Shown piece after piece: positions 11,743 through 23,100 of a DNA stretch of 64,000 nucleotides (positions are counted from its first letter, which is position 1; each line of letters begins with the position of its first letter). The translations under genes and the position numbers were made by a program. This stretch comes from Selaginella moellendorffii (Eukaryota > Plantae > Lycopodiophyta). The notes under the pieces were generated by a model, which saw nothing but the letters and a program-made list of their open reading frames with translations, was not told where the DNA came from and did not search any database. The stretch is from assembly GCF_000143415.4 (NCBI RefSeq), contig NW_003314309.1, forward strand, positions 675,459 through 739,458, given 5' to 3'.

Positions 11743-13351
11743 TATGAGACACAAATCCCTAAGCCCCAAAGTGGAACTGAAAGGGTGCCACATGGTAATA
11801 GCCAAAACGGAAACCAAACAAATGTAACACATTTGGACTAAAAGCTCAAACTTGGATAGTCGAGAGTGGGAGTGGAACTCCTAACGAAGAGCTCAAGGAA
11901 CAAGCATGAAACAAGCAGTAAGTGAGTGTCTAGAAAAGGGACACAAGAGGATTTGACACGGAATCTGAGATAAAGTCCAAGATGGAGTTCGAGATGCACT
12001 CGAGATGGAATCCAAGATGAAGTTCGAGATGGACCCGAGATTGAGTCTGAGATGGACTTGAGATGGAGTTCTGAGATGGAGTTCAAAATGGATTCCAAAA
12101 TGGACCCGAGATGGAGTCTAAGGTCAAGGCCGAGATCGAGACTGACACTGAGACCGAAACCGAGACCAAGACCGAGTCTAAGTCCGAGTTCGAGTCTAAG
12201 GGTGAAAGCCCAAAGTGTTTGTCTCCCAGACCCTACGGGATTTGGTGAGCTCCAAAAGTATAGTAAGGGGAGGATACTAGTGGAGCCAGTTTGGCTAAGA
12301 AAGACCAGTGTGACCAAAGAAAGTTATACCCACATGTTAGGTGATGATAAAACCATTAAAGAGTCCAAAACTAGAATGAATACAGACAGACAAGCAGGGG
12401 AACTTGGTGTTCAAGTGTTCAAAAGCTAGCTCTAGCTCTTTTGGAAGATCGAATGGTCAATGCTTCCAATCCAAATGTGGATGGCACTACCCACTTAGAT
12501 ACTTGGTGTGGCTCACTGGAACCTCACTCTAGCCATATGGTTAGGGCACTTAAAAGCAGAAGATGGGGAGAGTATCTATAAGGCTAGTGTAGGGCCATGG
12601 TATTTTGAAATGTTGTCTCAAAGTCCTGGACTGTGGAAAGGAAGAGGAATACTCCTTTGGTGTAGTGACCAATGATACGGTCATATAGTGAAGAAGTCCC
12701 AAAAGACAATGGGACTTAATGGTCGAGCCTATAGGCCTTGATCCAGTGGTAGTATTGGTGAACACAACCATGGACAAAAAGGTGGAGATATTGGGGAAGG
12801 CAATTCCTCATGTTTACGGGCATCCCAAGGATGCTGTAAATAACCAAAAAGAACGACTTGAAAGACGATCCATAAGGTTTAAATATAGAGGGAAAAGGCT
12901 TATGAATAAGAGTGCACCCCCTTTTCCAATTGGTTAAAGGTTTTGGGATATTTGGGGTTAAGAGGGTGACCTCTTGGGAAGTCCAAACTCAGGAGTTTAC
13001 AGATGCTAAGGAGTGGATCTAAGATGATCACTCATGGATGGATAGCCCAATTTTTGAGAGATGGGACTGTAATGTAGGTGGTGTTAGATCACCGATGTGA
13101 CAAAGATGATTGGGCATAGCCTTAACATAATAGGCTGATATGTTAATGGTACCTTTGGGTGTTGGTTATAAAATCAGACCTATAGAGCACTTGGACCATG
13201 CACAAAGGTTGAGTGGCATAAATGCCATTCTTAGGGGTAGCAAGTCCTCAAGTCCGGAATAGGATTTATGGAGGTTGTGAATGAGATTTCTCCATATGGT
13301 CAAAGGAGTGGTTAAGTGACTGAAGTAGAATGAAAAATTTAGTCACTTGCA
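11743..13351 (+). mobile_element. Solo LTR of family A (decayed)
   Basis: Matches the family A LTR from TATGAGACAC to GTCACTTGCA, including the GAGATGGAGTCC array. Flanks ATGCA/ATGTG. Confidence 0.85.
12835..13001 (+). mobile_element. Solo LTR of TRIM-like family D
   Basis: TGTAAA...GTTTACA with perfect 5-bp TSD GATGC, interrupting the family A solo LTR. Confidence 0.8.
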
Positions 13352-14161
13352 ATGTGTTACATTTGGGATATTTGGGGTTAAGTGTTTTTGGATTTGATAT
13401 TATTGGGTTGGGTGACTTTCTAGAAAATTCAAATTTAGAAATTTACATTTAGTTAAAGAAGTCTCAAGTCCGACTCTATTAATTGGCTAGGGGAATCACA
13501 CCATATACTAAGATTGACATCTAGTAGGTTCAATTTGCCTCTGGCTAGGCTTAACCCGAGAGGTAGGGTGTCAAAAAAGCGGGGCTTTTAGGAAAGTTGT
13601 GGCTCTTAACTTCCATTCATGAGAGTATGAACTTGTAAATAAGCATAATAAATGTAAACAACTAAAGGGAATGATTTAAAAGACAATTCATATGGGTTCA
13701 AGTATAAAAAAAAAGGGCCCATAGACAAGAGTGCACCTCCCTTTCCAATTAGTTAAGGGTCTTTGAGTATTTAGGATTAAACATCCTTCAGTTTGAATAA
13801 TATTAAGTTAGTGACCTCTTAGGAAGTCCAAATTCAAGAACTTACACTATGCAAATATGAGTAAAGTTTCTTGAAACCCTAAACTATTACTAAATACTCC
13901 TTTAGCATGAAGTAGTTCACTTGTTAATTATAATGTACAGTTGATATATGCAATGGGATGGTGTTAACTAGACACACTTATACTCTCTTATATCAATACA
14001 CTCGTGAGATTAATATCATGCATCCATGCATAAAATAAAAAGTTGAGTGTAGTTAGAATATGCTAAAATTAAAGGAGTTGTCAATAGCTCTTTGAGATTT
14101 ACAAATGCCTACTCATAATCCTCAGACCAAATGACAAACAATGTTGATGATTTCAGCAATG

Positions 14162-15547
14162 TGTGAGACACAAATTCCTAAGCCCCAACATGAAGCTGAA
14201 AGGGTGCCACATGGTAGTGGCCGAAGTAGAAGCCAAATGAGCATAACATATTTGAACTAAAAGCTCCAACTTGGACAATTGAGAGTGAGAAGGGAACTCC
14301 CAATGAAGTGCTCAAGGAATGAGTATGAAACAAGTAGCAAATGAGTTTTTAGAAAGGTATACAAAAGGACTAATATATGACATATAAAAGTCAAGAGATG
14401 GAGCCTAAGAAGGAGTCCAAGAAGGAGTCTGACGTGGAGTCCGAGATGGACTTGAGATAAAGTCTAAGATGGACCCAAGATGGAGTCTAAGATGGATCTG
14501 AGATAGAGTCCAAGATGGAGTCCGAGATGGACATGAAATAGAGTCTGATGTCAAGTATAAAATAGACATGAAATGTAGTCCAAGGTCAAGACTGATATCA
14601 AGACTGAGACCAAGGACAAGACCAAGACCAAAACCGAGGCCAAGACTAAGACTGAGGCCAAGGCCAAGACCAAGACCAAGATGGAGGCTGAGTCCAAGAC
14701 TGAGTCTGAGACCGAGTCCAAGTTTGAGTCTGGGTCTGAATTCGAGGGTGAAAGCCTAAGTGTTCATCTCCCAAACCCTGGAGGGTTTGGTGAGCTCCAA
14801 AAGCATAGTGGTGGGGAGGACTCCAATGGAGCCAATTTGACTAGGAAAAGCCAGTGTGACCAAAGAAGGTTGTACCTATATGTTAGGTGATAATATAACC
14901 ATTGAGGAGTCTAAGGCTAGAGTGAATACAGACAGACAAGTAGAGTAGTTTGGTGAAGTGTTCAAAAGCTAATTTTAGCTTCCCTAGAAGATCGAATAGT
15001 CAATGCTCCCAATCCGAAAAGAGTACTCATGAGGCTCGTGTAAGGCCATGTCATCCCAAAATCCTAAATTGTGGAAAGAAAAAGAAGTAGCCCTTTAGTG
15101 TAGTGACTAAGAATACAATCATATAATGAAGAAGTCCTAGATAACAGTGGGACTTAATGGTCGAGCCTTTGGGCCTTGACCTAGTGGTGGTGTTGGCAAG
15201 CACAGCCATGGATGAAGAGGGTTTTGGTGGAAACGAAAGAAGGGACATTGGGGAAGTGTGTTCTCTATATCTCTGGGCATCCTAAGGCTGCTAAGGTGTG
15301 GTTAAGAGATGATCACTTATGGACAGATGGCCTAGTTTTTAAGAGACGGAATAGTGGTATGAGTTATTTAGGACTACTAATGAGACAAGGGTAAATAAAT
15401 ATAACCTTAGCATAACAAGCTGATATGTTGGTAGTACCTTTGGGGTGCTGACCATGGGATCAAATATAGGGAGCACTTAGACCAAATGTAAAAGTTGAGT
15501 GGCATAGATGCTATTCACGGGGCTAGCAAGTCCCCAAATCTGGAATA
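14162..15547 (+). mobile_element. 3'-truncated family A LTR
   Basis: Starts TGTGAGACACAAA and carries a degenerate repeat array. Similarity ends near 15547. Confidence 0.8.
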
Positions 15548-16180
15548 TATTAGAAATATGATCATCAAAACAACTGAGATATTACACTTTGCATAGGAAG
15601 TGTTATACATCATTCACACACTCTAGAGTAAGAAACTTTAAAATAGCCATAAGTTTGTCATAATCAACTTGCAAACTTTCACAAGAAATACAATACCCAA
15701 AATAAATTGTATCCTTAGACTCAAACACACACTTTGACTGCTTTAATTTTAAACTAACTTTCTGTAACCAATCCAAAACTTTGTCAATATCATGGACGTG
15801 CTCTTTTTATATCCCCTCTAAATGGATCAAGACATCATGAATGAAGTTAGAAGTCACTTCTGGCATATCATAAAAAGCTTCGTTCATCATCTACTGGAAA
15901 GTCATTAGAACATTATTTAAACTAAATGACATCACCAAAAACTCCAAATGGTGTATAAAAAGCAATCTTGGGAACATCTTCTTTAGCCATTGGCACTCGC
16001 TTGTACCTAGAAGCAAGATCTAACTTAATAAACTAATGACTTTTTTCTAGACAATCCAAAAGATCAACAATATGAGGAAGAAAATATATATTTGAGATAG
16101 TTACCTCATTTAATAAATAATAGTTAATGTAAAAATAAATACTTTTATCAAATTTTGTCATAAAATAAGGTTCACACACC

Positions 16181-17806
16181 TGTGAGACACAAATCCCAAA
16201 GCCCCAAAAGTAGAGCCGAAAGGGTGCCATGTGGCAGTGGCCGAAGCGGAAGCCAAATAGGAGTAACACGTTTGAACTAAAAGCTCTAACTCAAAAAATC
16301 AAGAGCGGGAGTGGAACTCCCAACAAAGTGCTCAAGGAATGAGCACGAAACAAGTAACAAGTGAGTCTCTAGAAAAGGGACAAGAGGACCAACACATGAC
16401 ACATGGAAGTGTCCAAGATGGAGTTCAAGAAGGAGTCCAAGGAAAAGGCCGAAATGGACCTAAGATGGAGTCCAAAATGGACCCGAGATAAAGTCCGAGA
16501 TGGAGTCCGAAATGGACTCGAGATGGAGTCTGAGATGGACCCGAGATGGAGTCTGAGATGGACCCGAGATGGAGTCTGAGATGGACTCGAGATGGAGTCC
16601 AAGATGGACCCGAGATGGAATCTGAGATGGACCCAAGATGGAGTCTGAGATGTAGTTCGAGATGGACCTGAGATGGAGTCCGAGATGGACCCGAGATGGA
16701 CTCGAGATGGAGTCTGAGATGGAACCAAGACCAAGACCGAGTCCAAGTCGGAAACTGAGATTGAGACCAAGTCCGAGTCTGAGTTCGAATATTATTACAG
16801 GTTGTTGGGTGAAAGCCCAAAGCGATCGTCCCTCGGGGGGGGGAGGAGGGGGCTTGCAAGGGGTTCTAAAAGTATAGTAGGGAGAGTGTGGGGATTAGAC
16901 CCAGTGGAGCCAGTTTGGCTAGGAAAGGCTAGTTTGGCCCAGGAAGGTTGCACCCAAGTGTTGGGTGATGGGATAACCACTGGGAAGTTCAAGGCTAGAG
17001 TGAATACAGACTGACAAACAAGGTAGCTTGGTGAAGTGTTCAAGAGCCAACTTTAGTTCCCCTAGGAAATCAACTGGTCGATGCTCCCAGTCCAAGCATG
17101 GGTGGCACTACCTACTTGGATACCTGACGTGGCTCAACAAAACCTCACTCTAAACCCATGGCTAGAGCACCCAAAGGCGGAAGGCAAGGAGAGTACCCAC
17201 AAGGCTCATATAGGGCCACGATGTTCTGAAATGTTGTCCCAAAGTCCTAGATGGTGGAAAGGAAGTTAAGTAATCCTCTGGTGTAGTGACCAAGGATGCG
17301 TTCAGATGACAAGGAAGTCCTAGAGAACAAACGGACTTAATGGTTGGGCCTGTGGGCCTTGATCCAGTGGCAGTGTTGGCAAACACAACTATGGATAGAA
17401 AGAGACTTGGTAACGACCAGAAAAGGGATATTGGGGAAGGTTAATCCCCATGTCTATGGGCATCCTAAAGATGTTAATGAGTGGATTTGGGATGATCACT
17501 CATAGACGGTTGGCCCAATCTTTGAAAGATGGGACGGTGATGCAAGTGGTGTTAAACCATTAGTGTGACTAAGGTGAATGGGCATGGCTTTAGCATAACG
17601 GGCTGATATGTTAGTGGCACCTTGGGGTGTCGATCATGGGATTGGACACGTGGAGAACTTGAATCAAGTGCAAGTGTTAAGTGTCAGGGATGTCATTCTT
17701 GGGGCTAATAAGCCCCAAGTCCAGGATAGGACTTATGGAGGTTGTGAGTGAGAGTCAAAGGTGTGGTTAAATAACTAAAGTAGAATGAAAAAACTAATCA
17801 CTTATA
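16181..17806 (+). mobile_element. Solo LTR of family A
   Basis: TGTGAGACAC...ATCACTTATA flanked by perfect TSD ACACC. Confidence 0.9.
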
Positions 17807-18334
17807 ACACCCTTACAAACTCCACAAGTTTTGGATAACACCCTTTTCAAATATCTCTATAATGTTTATATATAAGATCTTGATGTTCTTGGGTGATCAA
17901 CATTGAACAAAAACCTTGATTAGATTACCATCTCCAATTGGAATAGAATAACATATTGCAATTTTAGTCAAAGATGATAGGTTAAAGTCGAATAGATCAA
18001 TATACTCCTTCTTGAGTTGATCAACTACTCTAACATAAAGGTTGTCAAAGGGATTTAAAGAGGGAATAAGTAGCAAAACAAAAATATAGTAGGAAGTAAT
18101 ATAGAGACAAAAATGATGGAAGTAGAAGTAAAAGCTGAGAAACAAAATAGAACAAAAATAAAAGGAATAGAAGAAAAATAAAGAAGTATAAGATAAGGGG
18201 GAGAAACTTTAAAGTCACATTTGGCATAATTACACTACAATTAATCTATATAAAGGATAAGGTTAAAAGTTTGACTTAGCACCACTCACAATCATTAAAG
18301 CTCAAGCTCAAGATCACCCATAGATACAACTACC

Positions 18335-18993
18335 ATAGAGCACCTAAAGGCAGAAGGCAGGGAAGGTACCCATAAGGCCTGTGTAAGGCCACGATGTTCC
18401 GAAATGTTGTCCCAAAGTCCAAGACTGTGGAAAGGAAGGAGAATAACCCCCTAGTGTGGTGACCAAGGACATAGTCACATAGCAAGGAAGTCTCAAAAGA
18501 CCGTGGGACTTAGTGGTTAAACTTGTGGGCCTTGATTTAGTGGCAGTGTTGGCGAATATGGCCATGGATAGAAAGGGACTTGGTGAGGACCGGAAAGGAG
18601 ATATTGGGGAAGGTTATTCCCCCTGTCTGTGGGCATTCTAAGGGTGCTAAAGAGTAAATTTGGGATGACCACTCATGGACGGATGGCCCAGTCTTGAAGA
18701 GACGGGATTGCAAAGCAGATGGTGTTCGACCACCAATATGACCAAGGAGGAGAATGGGCATGGCCTAGTGTAACGGGCTGATATGTCGGTAGTACCTTGG
18801 GGTGTCGATCATGGGATCGGACACATGGAGCAATTAGACCATGTGCAAAGTTTGAGTGGCATGGATGCCATTCTCAGGGTGAGCAAGCCCCAAGTCCGGA
18901 ATTAGACTTATGGAGGTTGTGAGTGAGACTCCTCCAAGTGGTTAGAGGTGTAGCTAAGTGACTAAAGTAGAATGGAAAATTTAGTCGCTTACA
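18335..18993 (+). mobile_element. 5'-truncated family A LTR fragment
   Basis: Matches the 3' part of the family A LTR, ending GAAAATTTAGTCGCTTACA. Confidence 0.8.
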
Positions 18994-19633
18994 CTATGTT
19001 CACTTTATCTTACGCATATGAATGTGTATAGCGATTGCCATAGCAAATGAAAATTGACTTTGCCATATCATGTAATTATAGATAGCAATGTGTGGCATAG
19101 GCTGAGAAAAAGTAGATAAACTTGATCTTATATCAACCAATATAAAAAGAATAACGTCAGACCTTTTGTTATAAAAATAAACTTAGACAGTAAACACTAT
19201 ATACATTAGTGCCCAATGAACCCCTTGATAGTACTTCTAACAAAAGCATGAAGGGGTCACTATCTTATTCATGCAATGACCCTCCACTATTCACACAGCT
19301 TTTTATTTCCTAGAACAATCTTTATATCAAAGCCTTTCACTATAGTAGGACTAATATGATGATGTTGACACCAAGGCTTCTACCCAAAAAATGGAGGATG
19401 TGTGAGACACAAAATCCCTAGGCCCCAAAGTGGAGCCAGAAAGGGTGCCACGTGGTAGTGGCCGAAGCGAAAGCCAAACGAGCATAACACGTTTGGACTA
19501 AAAGCTCCGACTTGGAAGGTCGAGAGCGGGAGTGGAACTCCCAACAAAGTGCTCGAGGAGCAAGCACGAGGCAACCAATAAGCAAGGCTCCAAAAAGGGA
19601 CCCAAAAAGGACTAACACATGACACGTGGAAGT

Positions 19634-20190
19634 GTCCGAGATGGAGTCCGAGGCGGACCTGAGTTGGAGTTCGAGATGGACCCGAAATGGAGTCCGAGAT
19701 GGACCCGAAGTGGAGTCCGAGATGGACCCGAAGTGGAGTCCGAGATGGACCCGAAGTGGAGTCCGAGATGGACCCGAAGTGGAGTCCGATATGGAGTCCG
19801 ATATGGAGTCCGAAGTGGAGTCTGAGATGGAGTCCGATATGGAGTCCGAGATGGACCCGAAGTGGAGTCCGATATGGAGTCCGATATGGAGTCCGAGATG
19901 GACCCGAAGTGGAGTCCGAGATGGAGTCCGAGATGGACCCGAGATGGAGTCCGAGATGGAGTCTGAGATGGACCCGAGATGGAGTCCGAGATGGACCCGA
20001 GATGGAGTCCGAGATGGACCCGAGATGGAGTCCGAGATGGAGTCCGAGATGGACCCGAGATGGAGTCCGAGATGGAACCGAGACCGAGACCGAGACTGAG
20101 GCCGAGACCGAGGCCGAGACCGAGTCCGAGTTCGAAACCGGGACCGAGACCGAGTCCGAGTTCGAGCTCTAGCCCGAGTCCGAGTCCGAA
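19634..20190 (+). repeat. LTR-internal minisatellite (12-bp GAGATGGAGTCC/GAGATGGACCC variants followed by 6-bp GAGACC/GAGTCC units)
   Basis: Directly visible tandem array. Homologous arrays at ~25547-26303, 41958-42431 and 47774-48259. Confidence 0.95.
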
Positions 20191-23100
20191 TACTAATACA
20201 GGTAGTTGGGTGAAAGCCCAAAGCGATCGTCCCCCAGGGGGGGGGGCTGCAAGGGGTTCCAAAAGTATAGTAGAGAGAGTGTGGGGGTTGGAGCCTAGTG
20301 GAGCCAGTTTGGCCAGGAAAGGCTAGTTTGGCCCAGGAAGGCCAGGCCCAGTGTTGGGTGATGAGCTGACCATTGGGAAGTCCAAGACTAGAGTGAACAC
20401 GGACTGACAAGCGGGGTAGCTTGGTGAAGTGTTCAAGAGCCGGCTCTAGTTCCCCCGGGAGATCGACTGGCCGATGCTCCCAGTCCAAGTGTGGGTGGCA
20501 CTACCTACTTGGATACCAGGCGTGGCTCAACGGAACCTCGCTCTAAGCCCATGGCTAGAGCACCCAAGGGCAGAAGGCGGGGAGAGTACCCAGGTGGCTC
20601 GCGTAAGGCCATGGTGTTCCGAAATGTTGTCCCAAAGGCCCAGACTGTGGAAAGGAAGAGGAGCAGTCCTCTGGGGTAGTGACCAAGGACACAGTCGTGT
20701 GGTGAGGAAGTCCCAGAGGACCATGGGACTTAGTGGTCGGGCCTGTAGGCCTCGATCCGGTGGCAGTGTTGGCAAACACGGCCAGGGGCAAAAAGGGACT
20801 TAGTGGGGACTGACAGAGGGATATTGGGGAAGGTTATTCCCCTTGTGGGTGGCATCCTAAGGATGCTAAGGAGTGGATCTGAGATGACCACTCACGGATG
20901 GTTTGCCTAGTCTTGAAGAGCCAAGACTATGATGCAAATGGTATGGACTACCAGTGTGGCAAAGGTGATTGGGCATGGCCTTAGCGTAACAAGCTGCCAT
21001 GTTGGTGGTACCTTTGAGTGCCGGTCATGGGATCGGACACATGGAGCACTTGGACCAAGTGCAAATGTTGAGTGGCATGGATGCCATTCTCGGGGCTAGC
21101 AAGTCCCAAGTCCTGAATTGGACTTATGGAGGTTGTGAATGAGACTCCTCCAAGTGGTCAGAGGTGTGGTTAAGTGACTGAAGTAGAATGGAAAATTTAG
21201 TCGCTTACAATTTGGTATCGGAGCTGTTCCTTAGTCCGACTTTTATTGGTGCTCAAGTATATCACCATTAATGTTGGCATCGGAAGGTCCTAGGAGTGGG
21301 CCTATCCTTGAGGAGTAGCATGTTGAGAGGACATGGCTCTCCACTCAAGTTCATGCGTGAACTTGGGCACAATGTGGTGGATAGAAAAGGGCCAATAATG
21401 GAACAACTTTGGGATCTTGGGAACAGTATAAGGTCTCCTCAGAGAGCTGAGGATGTGATCCAAATGAGCGTTTGACGCAGCAAACGGGTTAACGTAGTTG
21501 TGATAAACAACTATAGTTGGGATCACGGGAAAGATGTAGACTCCAAAACAATAAAGGAGTCACAAGATTATCCTCATATAGTTGAGGTTGGTGCTCATGA
21601 CTGTGAGACCAGAGGTAATGACCGTGGGAGGTCAAATACGGAAGAGGACTCAAGTCCTTGAAATGGTAGCCGGGGCTACCTTTAATAAATGCTGGAACAA
21701 CCCAAGGAGTTGGGGGGTTTACTTAGAGATGAGTGGTATTCTCATCACATGGACAAATAGTCCTAAGGGGTAAAGGTTGCCCCAGAGAACAAAATCAAGT
21801 GTCAGAGTAACACTTGTGAAAATAGTCTTTTTGAGTAGGACAGGAATGCAAGAAGTGTATTCCAGTGAGCTAGTGCCTCACAAGTAGGACCTTACAGGTC
21901 TGTGGATTAACCAAGTCCAAAACTGCTGGATGACTCAAGTAGAGTCAAAGGATGGGCCTAAAAGGACTAATGGAAGCATTTGGACTGAGGTGTGTTGTAC
22001 CCCACAAAGGATGGGGGGGATCATAGGATCCAAGGATGAGAATAAAGGGTATCTCATCGATGGCAAAATGTGCCATGCTAAAGTCGTGGGAAAGGTGTTC
22101 CCAAAAAGAAAACAACTTTGACACAAAGTTGTGTGTGACCTCTATGGTGCAATGCTAACGGATGGTTGGCATGAGAAAGAGTGGCATTGGTCTTGGCAAA
22201 GACTTCGACACAAAGAAGAAGTGTCATAGAGGTAGGCTCGTGGAGCTGATGGTGTGGAGACACCAAATGTGCCAAGGTGTGATACCTTGAGGCTATGTTG
22301 GTGGGTTCATGAGAACCCCTTGCCAAAGGAATCCCAATAGAAATGGGAATGGCATAGCCTAAGCTGCAGAGCATGTAGTTAGAGTGTGGTGACCCAGATA
22401 ATGATAGAGGTGTGGAAGCACCAGCAATGAGTTGTAGGACTTGACAACTATGAGGCAACTAAGCAAGAGGTGCAAAATAATTGGTTAAACGGGTAGAAGG
22501 TAGCTACCCAAGCCTTCTTAATGGCATAGGGAAGTGGATATACCCTTACGGGGGATAAATTGCTTATGTTGCGATATAATAAGTCAATGTCATAAAAGGA
22601 AATGCTCATTATCAAGGAAGCTATCATTGGGACACCCAAACACTCTAACACCAGGAGGTGGTGTTTGATGTCGCGAGGGCAGTAGATAAGGCCCAAGGGA
22701 CTAAGTCCCTAGCAAATGATGGATAGTAGGTGCTATCCAAATGTCCAAGGTGGCGGAGACAGGAGAAGACTGTCTACTCGAATTGGACAAAACCAAAAAT
22801 GAAATTTTGGCAAGGCTAGCAATAGGCATGCAAAGGCCCGTAAGCAACAACGTAATCCCGGTGTGTGGGATTATAGGGGGAGCATACCTAGATTGAGGAA
22901 CCACTCCCTAGGCTATCAGGTAGGATCATCCCTAAGAATACTTGCTAAGGCATGATAGAAAGTGCAAAGCTATCCTCCTGGTCTGGAAGAGAATGACCGA
23001 AGGAAAGTGTGAAGCCAAAAGCAAGAAGTAAGGGGATAGAACCGAACCATAGGAATCGAAGGGTATAACCAAGGTTGGTTATGCCAGCTGGGAGTGGAGA

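Larger units (their letters stand above)
10978..13361 (-). mobile_element. TRIM-like element (family E) nested in the family D LTR
   Basis: Direct repeats TGTAA(C/T)ACA...CACATGC...TTACA at 10978-11246 and 11595-11742 plus 13352-13361. Degenerate PBS-like (ACTTCGATATCAC) and PPT-like ends on the minus strand. Confidence 0.55.
10866..13846 (+). mobile_element. TRIM-like element (family D), 5' LTR interrupted
   Basis: ~190-bp TGTAAAC...TTACA repeats (10866-10977 plus 13362-13447; 13653-13846) with a ~205-bp internal segment. TSD CCATG/CTATG. Confidence 0.7.

Noticed and set aside
19634-20190. Repeat array as a possible CRISPR array
   Set aside because: Head-to-tail units with no unique spacers, inside LTRs, in a eukaryotic context with no cas genes.
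20200-20480. Hammerhead ribozyme (retrozyme) in family A or B LTRs
   Set aside because: GAAA hairpins are present but I found no CUGANGA core in a suitable arrangement (nearest GTGATGA). An Infernal scan would settle it.
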